The notes: generated from the sequence alone by a model not told the origin. DNA of 64,000 nt from Amoeboaphelidium protococcarum X5 (GCA_023515725.1 JALDTO010000136.1:186001-250000), one strand, 5' to 3'; positions 42,501 through 55,631 are shown, counted from the stretch's first letter. A program made the numbers and translations.

Positions 42501-43785
42501 CTTAATCCACTGTCTGTCGACCAAATTATAGTGGCTGGCCAATGAAATAGCTCTGTCCTGGTGTTGCTAACTGCTGGCATGCTTGACCCGCGCGCCGCCT
42601 TGGTATTGGTCAAAAAATCAACTGGCTTTATAAAAATTTTGATACAAGTCAATGCCAATACCAAGGATATAAAATTTGAGCTGGTGGAAGATGACAAAGA
42701 CTGAGTCTAGATGGCCTTGCAGAGTTATATTTATACTTGAGCACTTAATTGGCCCGACTCCTACATTTGATATTTCTGTCTCTTCCTCTACCGTAAGTCT
42801 CACTCCCTTTTTGGATGATTGCTAATACAAGGCATGCTGTATGGCTTCATCCTCGGTTCTCTAACTCGTTTTGCTGGTGCAGCCTTGCTGGCCTCGTATC
42901 TGGTTGTTCCTCTTATTCTGGCCGGCGAGCTGTACGAAGAACTTTTTTTATTGGTTCTCCTCCTCATAGTCACAGGTGCCGTAGTATAGATTCATAGGCA
43001 TCTTTGGCTGCTCCCTATCATCATTTGTATGTAGCGCCGCAGTCTATTCTTATTGGCGCTACTGCAAGAGTATCCATCCTCCTCCTCCACTTACTTATAG
43101 CCACTGGTGCCGTAGTTTAGATTCATAGGCATCTTTGGCGGGTCCTCATCATCATTTGCATGTGGCGCCGCAGTTTATTTTTATTGGCGTTGCTGCAAGA
43201 GTCATCCTCCTCTCCTCATCGCCACTGGTACCGTAGTCTACATTCATAGGTATCTTTGGCTGGCCCTCTATCATTGGTTGCATGTGGCGCCGTAGTCAAC
43301 TTTCATAGGCGTCACTGCAAGAGTATTACTGTGCTTCCGTAGTTCATATCATCTGTATTATAGTCATTCTTTCATTGGAAGTACAGTAGAGTCATTAGAT
43401 ATTAGATTATAGATTCCTCCATTCGAATTTGTCAAGGCGTCTTTGTCTGCTCTGTAGTCTACAGTTAAGAGTTGGCTTGATCTCCTTGGCAAGAGTTTAT
43501 CTTATTATTACATTGAGATGCATTGCTGCTGTGGTTCTCCTCACAATCGAGTTTGCCAGAAGTTCTGTGTTGGTATGGCCTGTCTATAAATTCTATGATG
43601 GTCCTCTGGTACTTGGTAACACAGTCATACGAACTTCTCTCCTGTTGGCGACTCTATCTCTCAGCTGCATTCTCATCATAAAAAAAAAACGAAAGTGCTG
43701 TTCAGTGCTAGAGCAATGAATAAAAAAATCAGTAAATTTAATTACTACTAACTGTATCTTTTCTTCATCCTTTTTGTTATTGTAT
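39571..43785. mobile_element. ~4.2 kb dispersed repeat element, copy 2 (inverted relative to copy 1)
   Basis: Reverse complement of 1570-5738. On the minus strand it ends GCTCGT-CGCTGAA-ACGGGC-CGAATGGGC-CTAG. Confidence 0.75.
42958..43324. repeat. Three tandem ~120-130 bp units inside element copy 2
   Basis: Recurrent CCGTAGT..A.ATTCATAGG.ATCTTTGGC and TGCAAGAGT blocks. Confidence 0.88.
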
Positions 43786-44603
43786 CACAGCATTATACTT
43801 TGCAGTTGTGACAACTACTGTAACAAGTGCCCGCTTTACGTACGCGCGTCTCTTTCACAGTAACGCTTTTTCAAACTTTTAAGGAAACCACTCAATAGTT
43901 TTACACTCGGAAAATTTCAAATTGAATTGCTTCACTTGTATAAACTAAAAAACACCAATTGAGTATCGATACGCCAGATTAATGGGATTATCCAGTTCAA
44001 TTTCATGGACTGTGTGCTGTTTTCGGCTAGGAAGTGAGGGAACTCGATCAATTGTCAAGCGATAAGTCAGAGTATGAAACTTTTGCCATGGTACCCACTC
44101 ATAGAGATATAAAGGTGACCAAGAACGAGGCATAAAAGATTGAACGTTAGATTGCACAGCGACTGATAGAGGAGCAGAAGTTTTGTGTAAATGAATCTTG
44201 GACTAGACTGTATCACATGCACATGTATATCAGAGAATCTACAAGCTCATACTCAACGATTTGACATTAAAAAACGTTCAAGCGAACTAAGGACCTACAA
44301 AGCTTTCCGCTTCTACATGACCCCTGATTCAGACTTTACGTATAGTAAATATCTGGTTTGTAATAATTTCTCAAGGACATGTCTAAGCTGTAAGAACTTC
44401 ATATCTACACCTTGGGATCGCGTTCTTTGGAAATTCGGCTGATCGCAGCCTCCTATAGATCCGCAACAAGCTCTTCAAGAGATCCTCGACCCATCGCTAA
44501 TCAAACGACTATATACTGCGCAATTAACGACGCGAACTAACGCTCGCCCTTCTTAATAGCAAAAAGGCCACTTCCTCTGGTGAACCTAATCTGATAAAAA
44601 AGA

Positions 44604-45272
44604 ATGGACGCAGCTCATCTGGCAAAAGAGTGCCGTATTGCTTACGGATGGAATAGAAGAGACTCTGCATTTTACGTGAGTGAATTTTTGAATTTTTGGA
44701 TGCCTTTGAAAGCGTATGCCGGAGACTTTGATGGAATTATAATATCGCCACCAGAGATTATTGACAAGGTATGGCACGTTGCGCTTTTGGATACCAAGGA
44801 ATACTCTGATCATTGCCAACGCGTGTTGAGAGTTCAATTCATCCACCACAGTTCTAAGCGAGCCTATGATGACTAACGAACGTTAGCGGAGAGGAGATAG
44901 AACACATTGGCCTTATTTGATTAGAAATGGCCTGGAGAACGCGACGTGTCCGTTTGGAATTTTCCTTCTGATCGAGCCGCCGCTGATTCTCAATAAGATG
45001 CCCGACGCTCGAAACGATTGAAGGCAGATGCCACGTAATGGATTGCGGTGAACATTACGACTCTTACTGGAAGGAAGTTCAATGTCTTTGTATAGGACAA
45101 CTCTACAGTTGAGGCCCTAAAACAGAAGATTTATATTAGAGAAGGGTTACCTGGAAAAGACCAACGTCTGATCTTTGCGGATTAGTAACTTGAAGATGGG
45201 AGAACTTTATAGTCCTATAATATTAAGGATCACTCGGTCGTGCATTTGGCATTACGTTCAAGAGGATGCTGA
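44604..45272 (+). CDS. GRDP/DUF1399-like domain plus ubiquitin-like domain ending LRSRGC (paralogue A), 222 aa
   Basis: YGW...SEFLNFW...SPPEIIDKVWH...DTKEY..HC..VL..FIHH, then TLTGRK...EGLP..DQRLIFADQQLEDGRTLQSYNI...HLALRSRGC-TGA. Confidence 0.88.
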
Positions 45273-45665
45273 ATGTCTTTATCTTTTTCGTGATTGCGGA
45301 TGTTTAATCAATATATGGTTTCGTTTTGTTTCATGGTGCCACTACTGGCTGAATATCGAACGAGGGCGTTTTCTCAAGTTGGCACAAAACGTTACGGCTA
45401 TGAGTATAATTTATATCTATCTATTAGTTTACTTGGCGTCTTTCCTCTTAATTATTTAGCTTGTCATAAACATGAGAGTTTAAGGGAATAATGAATATTT
45501 TCGCTGCATTTCATATTCTGCACATGCACTGACAAAGTTGGCAATTTCAAAATATCAGAGACGCGCTCTTGCTTCTTCTTGTACTTGTACTTGCACGTTT
45601 CACAATATCATTTTCCACTGCTCTTTATATCTCATTACTTTGTAAATCTGTATTACATTCAGAAC

Positions 45666-46337
45666 ATGGATTCTGGACACTTGGCCAGAGAATGTAGTCG
45701 AGTCTACAATTGGAATAGAAGAGATTCTGCCTACTATGTCAGTGAGTTTCTAAACTATTGGATGCCGCTTAAAGCTTATGCTGACGATTAAGAAGCCACG
45801 ATACTATATCCGCCCAAAGTGATTGATCAAGTATGGCTCATTGCCATATTAGATACTCAAGAATACGAAGACCATTGCCACGAATTGCTAAATGTTCCGA
45901 TAATGAATTACAGCTCCAAACGTGCTTACGATGAAGTTGAAACATTGAGAGATCGTCAGGAGATGACAATCGCGCTGTTCGACAAGAGGTGGCCTGGTGA
46001 GCGTGATGAGTCCGTGTGGAGCTTCCCTACTAATGATGATGAGAATACACCTCCGGCTCAGACAACAAGACGCTCTAAACGTCTTAAATCTGGTGCTTCA
46101 GAAAAAATTAGCTTCATTATCAAAACGTTGACTGGAAAAAGCATATCAGTCACTTTAAAACAGTCCTCCACTGTGGAACGTTTGAAATGCGAACTGTTTT
46201 TAAAAGAAGGCATACCCACAAGGCAATAACGCCTTATTTTCAGTGGTCGTCAACTTGAAGATCCGAAAACTTTGCAAGATTATCACATCGAAAATGATTC
46301 GGTTTTGCATTTAGTATTACGTTTGTTGGCATGTTGA
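45666..46337 (+). CDS. GRDP/DUF1399-like domain plus ubiquitin-like domain ending LRLLAC (paralogue B), 223 aa
   Basis: Aligns with paralogue [10 protein letters not shown]...[29 protein letters not shown]...[13 protein letters not shown]. Confidence 0.88.
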
Positions 46338-46560
46338 AGAAGTGTAGAACTTTGTATATTTTAGTTCCTATGTTTTATCATCATAGTGTTTCAGCTTCAA
46401 CACCTTCGTGTCTACTGTGACGCGTTCCTTCTCCTGTTCGCGTTGTGCCTCTTCTGCGTCATCAAACGGAACTTTGGCCTGTTTTAGCTTAACAATTGCC
46501 GACTCTTGCATTGCTTTGCGTCTTCTACTATAGTATTTAGTAGCACTTTATACTATCATT

Positions 46561-47238
46561 ATGGACACTCTATATTTGGCAAAAGAATGCTCAAAAGTAT
46601 ATGGCTGGACTAGAAAAGATTCGGCATATTATGTCAGTGAATTTATCAATTTTTGGCTCCCTCTTAAAGCGCATGCAAAAGATTTCGATGGTACAAAGTT
46701 GTCACCGCCTTATATTATTGATCAAGTATGGCATCTGGCTCTGCGAGATAGCTAGGAATACAGTGATCACTGCACCAATGTTTTAAAGACAGAACAGCTG
46801 ATTCATCACAGTACTAAAAGAGCTTATGACGATATCAAGACCTTGACTGAGAGAAGATAGCGCACATTGGACTTGTATGATGAACTTTACCCGGGCGAGC
46901 GGGATGAAACTTTATGGAAGTTGCCTGAAGAATCATCAACTGCTACGGCACCGGGCAAGTCTGTGAAGACTAATAAGCGTCAAAGGCCTGGAGTTAAGCC
47001 GAGGATTAGTGTAGTAGTAATGACTGAAGAGGGGAATCGATTAACTTATAGTATATCAGAGACTACAAGGATTTAGGCTTTGTTATCAGCATTATCATCT
47101 AACTTGGGGATTCCTTTCGAGAAGTTGCGTCTGTTCGACGTAACAGCAGAAAGGCTATACGCGCACAGATCGCTGCAAGAGAGTGGCATTTAAGATAATG
47201 ACCTAATACATGTGATAGTAGAAAAATGCGGCTGTTGA
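46561..47238 (+). CDS. GRDP/DUF1399-like domain plus SUMO-like/divergent Ubl domain ending EKCGC (paralogue C), 225 aa
   Basis: N-terminal domain aligns with A and B. C-terminal RISVVVMTEEGNRLTYSISETTRI...GIPFEKLRLF...SLQESGIQDNDLIHVIVEKCGC-TGA. Confidence 0.85.
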
Positions 47239-47374
47239 AGACTGATGCTATTTAATGAGTTACCAGTGAATAAGAAAGTGTTGGTGTTTTATTTGCACTA
47301 TTGTCCTTAAACAGCTGAAAGTATCTAAAGGGAAACATAATGAGTGATTTCACTTGATCTTATGTATTTAAAAT

Positions 47375-50068
47375 TCAAAGTTCACGACTCAATGTTTTGA
47401 AGCTGAATGGAGTAAACGGATGGCCACCACCTTCGTAAAACTTTCCATTGAACTCGACCCAATGCAGACGCAACGCGTGTAAGAATGCAGATAATCCCTC
47501 CATACCTACTAGGATACCCACAGTCAACTGGAACCACATGTAGAATCCGGCTACAAGCATCACACTAGACAGAGTGGACTGAATCGTCATCTCCCACAAC
47601 ACTTCTGACAGCTGGGCATGAGCCAGACTTAGAGCCCAGAGACGTAGATACGACGCCGTGTTGGATATAGCACCGAGACAGAACTCGATCGTGTGAATAA
47701 CCTGATGAATAACAATCTCACCAAACTCAAATTTGCCGCCATGCTCTCCACCACCACCATGGAAATCGCCACTACCATCAGTAATAGATGCAGCATCAGC
47801 AATTCCATTTCCGTGCTGTAACTCAGTTGCCGTTGGAAGCAAACTTGCACCACCAGCAGCAGCAGTACTTGCACCACCATTTCCATCCAGATTAACGTGT
47901 ACATCCGGCTTGATGACTTCGCTGTCATGAGATCTAGCACCAGGACTATCACCACCTATAGTAGTGTATCCCATTGCAATATTGCGCTAGTGTTACTTGT
48001 ACAGTTTATAAGGCTTAACACACAACATCCACGGCACACATATCACAGCGACGAGTAGCAAAATGGTCTACACAACAGCCTGACCACCAAACAGCTCCGT
48101 ACCTTCCTTAACACCACCTAGTCCCAGGAACATGTAGATCAGAGTATTCAGCAGACTAGGAGGATCATCACCAGGCACACGCCATGGATACAGCCACTTG
48201 AAGATTATCAGGAAAGAGAGATAACCAAAAATGCTGAGCATAAACAGCAGTTATGGAATGAACTCGTGATACAAATTCAATGGCCGCTTAAAGTATCTAC
48301 TATTGTAGACAGTCAGAATGATACCAAAGCACATGTGCAGCACACCAATCAGAATAGACTACTTCATTTTGTATGAATTCAGAAAGAGAAGACTATTATC
48401 AGCCTATCTCCATGCAGGATCAATACCGAAGGCATAAGGATACAAGAACGTGGAGTTGAACGACTATACCTGAGTAGTCTCATTCTTAAATATCTCAATA
48501 TCCCAGCCAGAACTCTACATGTACAGCGGTAGGGAGAAGAAGTCATTATAAATCAAGCCTACATACATTGAAAAGAAGCCCATCAGTAAAACTATATATC
48601 TTCCACCAAATACAATCGCCACCATTTCACCCAATTCCATCTACTCCATTTTCTTTTCGTTCAACACCAAACACAAGCCGGCAAAGAACACCAGCAGACC
48701 GTGCCCCAAATCACCAAACATGATGGCGAACAGGAATGGGAAGGTAATAACGGTGAACAGTCCCGGATTAACTTCTTTGTACGTAGCTACGCCATATGAA
48801 TCGATAATCGCCTGAAAACCAAAGGTGAACTTGTTAGTCTTATGATAAGTAGGAGGCTAATCGTGAGTCTACAACTGATTAACAATAGGCGGCACAAGCG
48901 ATCCATTACGTTCACTTACAGAGTGCAGTGCATATTGTACAGCATTTATAGACTTGCTAGGACACCATCCCTCAGCTATCAAGCACTTTCTAGTAGAATC
49001 ATAATTAAACATGTCCATAGTAGAGTATATGGCCTTTTCTTTGCGCACAAACGTGGCCCATTTACCGATATGACGACTGATCACTTTCAACTCTGCAAGA
49101 CGCGTTGCATTTCCATTATCCAGGACCATTCTCAAATCATCCAACTTCACTGTGACGTCTCTTAAAGCTGCAGCGCGTCTACCCTCATCAACATCGACAT
49201 CATATACTGTACCTCCGAAAGACTGAGTAATCTTCTTGATCTTGTTAATCAATTCATTTCCATGGGCGAATACAATAAACACATTCTTCTCAATCTCTTC
49301 CTCACTCACAGGATCGACAATACGCTCAGAGATTTCAGCGTAATCCATGAACACATTACCTCTTAATGCGCGCCACAAAATACGCTCAAATACCTGCATC
49401 CTGCCGCGGGGAAGAGTACCAGTTACAAATTGTAATCCTGTTGAGGCTGTGGATGATCTGTTACCAGCTTCAACTTGGTCCAGCAGACTTTCTTCATAAT
49501 CATCATCATAATTCGACGCTGGTGCATTGAAAGAACCACCTCTTCTACCACCACTAGACTAAGACTGCTAGGCAAAGAAGTACTCGCACTCGCGCAATAC
49601 CTGACGCAACTCTACCAATTCCAAGTATCTCTTATTCAACTACTCCTACTAACCGTTCATCTACTGCAATCGCTATTCATACTCCTAGAATGACGACTCC
49701 AGCTCTTCCATCTATTGCATAGATCTACCTTTAACGCCAAATTTATCACCAGCAGAAGATGATGACGCTGGTGACGAATACATACTGGCGCCATTACTCG
49801 GATCAGTCAGCTTGTATTGAACATCATTCTTATCCAGTTGTGTCTTGAAGAATCTAAGCAGGCGCTCCAAGTCATCAATACGCTTCAGCTCATTAATGAA
49901 CGTACGCTGGAAAGCATTCAATCCTGAATTCAAATCTTTAAACTACACCATGCCCAACTCGCCGAGTTCAGCTACAGAGTCATGAGCCAACTCTGATGGA
50001 ATATAAAGTTGGACCAGCGACATGGTCTCGCTCCTAAACAGGGAGGACTCTTATTCATTAGCCGCCAT
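47375..50068 (-). CDS. VPH1: V-type ATPase V0 subunit a, 897 aa
   Basis: [89 protein letters not shown]. Confidence 0.97.
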
Positions 50069-50486
50069 ATTTATATATAACTAAAAAGCAGATAGCCGAA
50101 TAGAGCCAGCTGATCAATTAATTAAATTAGGTGCAATTTTCCAAGCGGGAAAAGGAGGAATCAATCGCTATTCGGCAATGCGATGATTTTACGGCTCAAC
50201 TGAACACTTTTTTAACGGAAAGTTGATGATCGCGCGGATTTGCTGGTTGAAAAATAGACACGCCGACAGGTTTAGAGTGCAGAGTTGTCATGACTGCGGT
50301 ACACAACTATAATTAAATCCGGTATTCTATTTTAAAACATACCGTGATATTTGCAAAGGATGGACATTGTTTATCAGGACTTCCCTTATCTCCTCCACAA
50401 CCAGGCTGATCGCTATCATTCATTTTACAAAGTCTTTTAATATCACAAGCGGTTAAGTTGATTGATTACTGCTGGCTATAACCAGA

Positions 50487-52862
50487 ATGAGTTCAGATCC
50501 GATAAAATTAACTAGCATTGACACTCGCTAACTATAAGATTCTTCTAGCCAACTGCTGCTTGACTCTATCCGTGAAACTGATGAAGATTAGAGAGATGGT
50601 GAAGAAGAAGACATGGTCTGTAACAATACTCAAAGCTTTGCATATGGTTAGAGAGATCAGTCCTTATCGCCCGCTGAGAAGGAGTACGTAGATAATCAGT
50701 TTCGCGCCATTTAAGACCTGTCGCTGTAGAAGTCTGCAAAGATTGTGGACGCGTTTGCACATCACTCGCCATCTGGTGCCACAGGAACTATAGTTGTCAG
50801 GCCGTCAGTGGCTGGTGTGTCGCTGCACTAAATCTAAAGTCCAATCGCGTCAAGATCGCAAATATCTGCACGAAGATTCAAGACCAAGTAGCAGATTTGG
50901 GTTAGTACTTCTGGAGATGGTGTGATTTCGAGTTACAATGATGCCGCCGAGTCCATGTTTGGTTCTGACGTTGTATCTGGTAAAGGTAACTTATTAGATT
51001 TTGTTCAAGGACCTGGTTCTGTAATAAATGATCTACGATAATTGCCTGCTGCAGTCACTGCCGCTGTTGAAACCAGTAAAAAATCTGGCAATTAAAAGCA
51101 ATTAATCAGATCCGGTTAAATTGTTCAAGTAGTGCATAATGGTGCATTACATCCGTATTCTTGTTGGCTGACTGCTTATGCAGACAATGGCAGTATAGTT
51201 AAAATGAATTGGGTGTTGGAGAAGGTTGATGGTGAGATTACTTTTGAATTCAAGTTGGATGAGAGAAATTAAATCAGCAGACTTGATTCTAGTCATGAAG
51301 TCTTTTTAAATCAGGTTGATATTGTATAGTTCTCCAAGAATGTCTAGAAGCTGAGCGATGACTACTTGATCGTCAGAGTACATGGTCATAATGTTCCAGC
51401 GCGCAAGATTCGTGATGATTAACGACACGTCATTCATGTCAAGATTGTTCCCAAGATGAGTGGTATGATTATGCTGGATTCAGCGAGTTTGGTTATTTTG
51501 AATGCTAATTAAGCTTTTTTGAATTACATATTTGGATATTAGCTGGCTGATGTCATCCAGATGAATGGAGGTGTGTTGTCCACGATAATTGCGAATGTCA
51601 AACAGTTGGAAGATGTAATATCTTTGATAGATTCCAAGTCTCCAACTAGTGCCTCTACTCAGAGCTCCGTCTCCACCCAAAGTCCCGTCTTAAGTCCTGT
51701 ATACATTGACTCGGTGTTGTCTGGGAGTAAGGAGGCGCGGTTGAAGCTGACTGCTATTCATAAAACTGGAGCATAATTTGAACTGACTGCAGATATTAGA
51801 CTGATCAGTCGCAAATCTAGTCAACGAGTTGCTCTTTGGCTCACCTATGAATTGCCAGCCATTAAAAGATCTGCAGAGTAGTCTAAAGATAAGGAGAAAG
51901 CGGAAGATTAGAGTGTGAAGTAAGAACGATCTTCAGTGTAATCCAAAGAGCCTCAGTTCTCGGAATTGGCTCAATTGTAAGGATTGACTGTTGTATCACC
52001 GATTGATGAAATTGATAACAAGAGTAAGGCTTAATCGCTGTCAGATTATGAGATTGTATAGAGATTGGGAGAAGGTGCTTTTGGATCCGTGTATTTGGTG
52101 TAGAACAAGCTTGCCGTTGATGGAAAGTAATCAGTGTTGAAGTTTATAATTCAGAAAAAGGTCAGATAAGAGTCGTGGTATGTCGATGCCGCAACCGGTG
52201 AGAGAACTCCATTGGAAGTCTAGATCTTGTAAGAGTTATCCTCGCCTAAATTGCAGCACCCCAACATTGTGCAGTTGAAGAATGTGTTTAAGGATCGACA
52301 CAACTTTTACCTTGAGATGCCTCTACATGGTCGTGGGATGGACTTGTTTGACTATGTCGATCTGAAATTGTAAATTCCTGAATGGGAAGTCCACACAATA
52401 TTCAAGCAAGTGTGTAGTGCCGTCAATCATCTTCATATGAATGGGATTGTGCATCGCGATATCAAGGATGAGAATATCATTATTGACAGCAACATGCAGA
52501 TTTAAATTATAGACTTTGGTAGTGCGTGTCATTATAATGAGAAATCGCAATTTAAAGCATTCTGTGGTACTTTAGACTATATCAGCCCTGAAGTGTTGAA
52601 AGGCTAATTCTATAATGGACCACCACAAGACATTTGGGCGTTGGGAGTTTTATTGCATATTCTCATTTACAAAGATAATCCATTCCATTCTATGGACGAG
52701 GTGATCAAAAAGATTATAAAAGTACCGTTCGTACTAAGTGCTGGTAGTAATGACTTGCTGCAGAGGCTACTCAAAAAGAATCTCAATGATCGTATCAAGA
52801 TGGCAGATATCATGAACCATCCCTGGATACAGCAGAAATATAGTGCAACTGATTCAATGTGA
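50487..52862 (+). CDS. PSK1: PAS-domain Ser/Thr kinase (Psk1/PASK family), 791 aa
   Basis: PAS-like [16 protein letters not shown]. Kinase motifs [63 protein letters not shown]. Confidence 0.9.
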
Positions 52863-53046
52863 ATGTATATATAATATAGAAATGTACTTGCACTTTTTGC
52901 TAGATTCAGACATTATAATATAAAATGGTGAAATTGATAACTGATTTCAAATGCAATGCATAGAATAGATGTATTTGACTGAATAGCGACAATCTCAAAG
53001 CACTCAATGTAAAATAGTATAGAAGAAGTGGTGAACAATGATTAGA

Positions 53047-53748
53047 TCAACAACAACCACCACTTCTGGACTGATTACCATCTTGTAAGCGAATAGGCTC
53101 AGGGAAATCACTGTAAAATTCCACATCAGCCTCACGAGCAAGAGCATTACGCGCAATAGTGACGAAAGCATCCTCCACATTCAATCCATCCTTGGCACTA
53201 GTCTCATAATAAGGCAGTGGATTATCGCCACCTTTCGCCGAGCACCAAGCCTGAGCCCGCTTCCCAGTCACAGCCCGCTTATCCTCCTCCACATCAACCT
53301 TGTTACCGAGGAGCAGAAATGGAAACGTGGCCGGATCTCTTGGACTAGCCTGAACCAGGAATTCATCTCTCCAGCTATCCAAAGTCTCAAAAGATTTGGC
53401 GTTATTCACATCATACACCAGAATACAGCAATCCGCACCACGATAAAATGCGACACCCAGCGATTAGAATCTCTCCTAACCAGCTACACACAAATAAATG
53501 TCATAACGGGAGTAATTATTAGATACAATCAAAGCTAATAATTATATAATCTTACCAGTATCCCAAATCTGCAGAGTCACTGTTCTATCATCAATGACCA
53601 CTTCTTTAGTGAGAAAATCTGCTCCAATCGTGGCCTTGTATTAATTTGAAAATTTCTTGTTCACATACTAATTCATCAGCGACGTCTTGCCCACACCGCT
53701 ATCTCCTAGAATTATCACCTTTAATAATACCTTCTTTCTAGTCGCCAT
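53047..53748 (-). CDS. YPT7: Rab7/Ypt7 GTPase, intron 53484-53555
   Basis: [68 protein letters not shown]-terminal GGCC. Confidence 0.98.
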
Positions 53749-54228
53749 ATTTTACTCTCGCTGACAATGAAATTTAGAATCTATTAACTGTAACTAATAG
53801 AATTTAAATTGAGGGAATAGAAAGGAGTTGACTCGATTTTCTAAAATGTTAGGCGGAGAGGCGAAAGATTTCACGCGACACGCCCAGCTGAAAGCTTTAG
53901 ATTTGATCTATGCGAGTTGGCACTTTGATCATCATCTCCTCTTGAGATCTTAATACTTCATAAAACTAACATTGATAAGTTACGCTATGCGATGCTTGAC
54001 CTGCATTGTAAGTTCAAGTCTAAATTTAACTACTTGCAAGCGCATTTTAACTCTCTAATTGCCTATTCATTAATCGTGTGAATGACTGATCGTCCCCTGA
54101 AATTATTTCTCGAAACTTTCAAGTCGCTGCGTCGTCGCTTCATCTTCCTTAAGAGTATTCAAGAATCTTTTAAAATTTGAATAATCAAGGCGTAGAATTA
54201 TAAACAGTATTAACCAGGTTATAAAGAA

Positions 54229-55416
54229 ATGAAAGACTTTACTATTGCAGTGGCACATGTGGATCGCTAGGCGAATAATGGAAAAGATGCCGTGTACAAG
54301 TTGGAGTATAGCACCACGATGGATCAGTATAGTCGTAAATCTGGGAGTGATCTGCCGCGTAGATACTCTGACTTTGTATGGTTGCAGCGTGAGTTGTAGG
54401 AGAATTTCCCAGAGTGTTTTGTCCCGCCTGTGCCTCAAATGAAGTATGCCACCGCATCATCATCTAGCTCCGGTAGTAGTAGTAGCGGTAATGGTTATAC
54501 TCAGCTCTCTCAGACTGCCGTGGATGAAAAGACGCGTCAGATGATGGAAGAATTTTTGAATTTGATTGCAGCTCATCCTAATCTCAAGACATTTCAAGGT
54601 TTGTAGCAATTGCTGGAGAGTGGAGCTAATTTTACGCCATATTCTGCCAGTAAATCTGGTGGCTCATCCTCTCTGTTCTCACGTGTTGCCAAGTCTGTCA
54701 AGTCTTAGAAAGATCACGATCCATGGTTTGAATAGCACAAGCATGATCTGGAGGTTTACCAATCCCTGTTGGAGAAGTGCACCAAGTCATTGGAGAAGGT
54801 GGCCAAGTATTAGCGTTCCCTCGCCGCCAGTTACCAAGATGTCGCGTTGTTGGTTTCTGAGTTGGGATCCCAGGAACCGAATATCCACTTGGCTGGTGGA
54901 CTTCGCAAGCTGTCTGCATCATTTGAAAAGACTTCCACTACTATGCATCTCGTTGCGGATACCCAGATTCTGAACATGGGTGAGTACATGGTGGGAGCGT
55001 AGCGTTATGCCGAGTGTGGTCAGAAAGCTATGGAGAATCGCGTCAATGCTCTGGCTGATTATGAATCTGCTGGTAAGAGCACGCTGAAGAAGAAGTAGGC
55101 CGCTGACAAGTTGAAGAGTTCTGGTCACAGTACATCCAAGATTGAGAGTGCATTGTAGGATCTGAATGATGCCAAGACTGCCGAGTCGGAGTTGAATGCC
55201 CTGGTGAAGAAGATTACTGAGAATATTAAGGAGCGTGAGTGGGACAACTTTGAGCACGTCCAAGCTGAACAAGTGACGCAGTACATGACGAGATATGCCG
55301 TGGCTTTGAAAGAGAATGAACGTAAGTAGGCGGAAGATTGGACTTTAGTGTACAATGACATTAAAAGTATTGATCTTTAGATTACCGGACATGGCCAAGT
55401 ACAGGAGGCCTCTTGA
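54229..55416 (+). CDS. PX-BAR sorting nexin (Vps17/Vps5/SNX5-6-like), 395 aa
   Basis: PX motifs RRYSDFVWLQREL..NFPECFVPPVP and FLNLIAAHPNL, followed by a helical BAR region. Confidence 0.85.
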
Positions 55417-55631
55417 AATATGAATTAGGATTGATATGAAATGAAAGATTGATTATAGGGAAATAAATTCATTATATATATTTACCTTGAGCTTCTTCTT
55501 TTTACGCGTTGTTTAGATAGTCGCGCGGTGGATATCAATCCAGTTTTAATGGACTCCTTGAAATCCAATTTCTTGAAACAAGCTCAATCTCCTTGATCAA
55601 TCTTATTTTCTTGCATCTAAAGCTTGATATC

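Noticed and set aside
47227-47238. CAAX/CXC prenylation as the general explanation for the Ubl tails (MUB-like)
   Set aside because: Only paralogue C ends in CXC. A (RGC) and B (LAC) have a single terminal Cys with no AAX, so standard prenylation does not cover the family.
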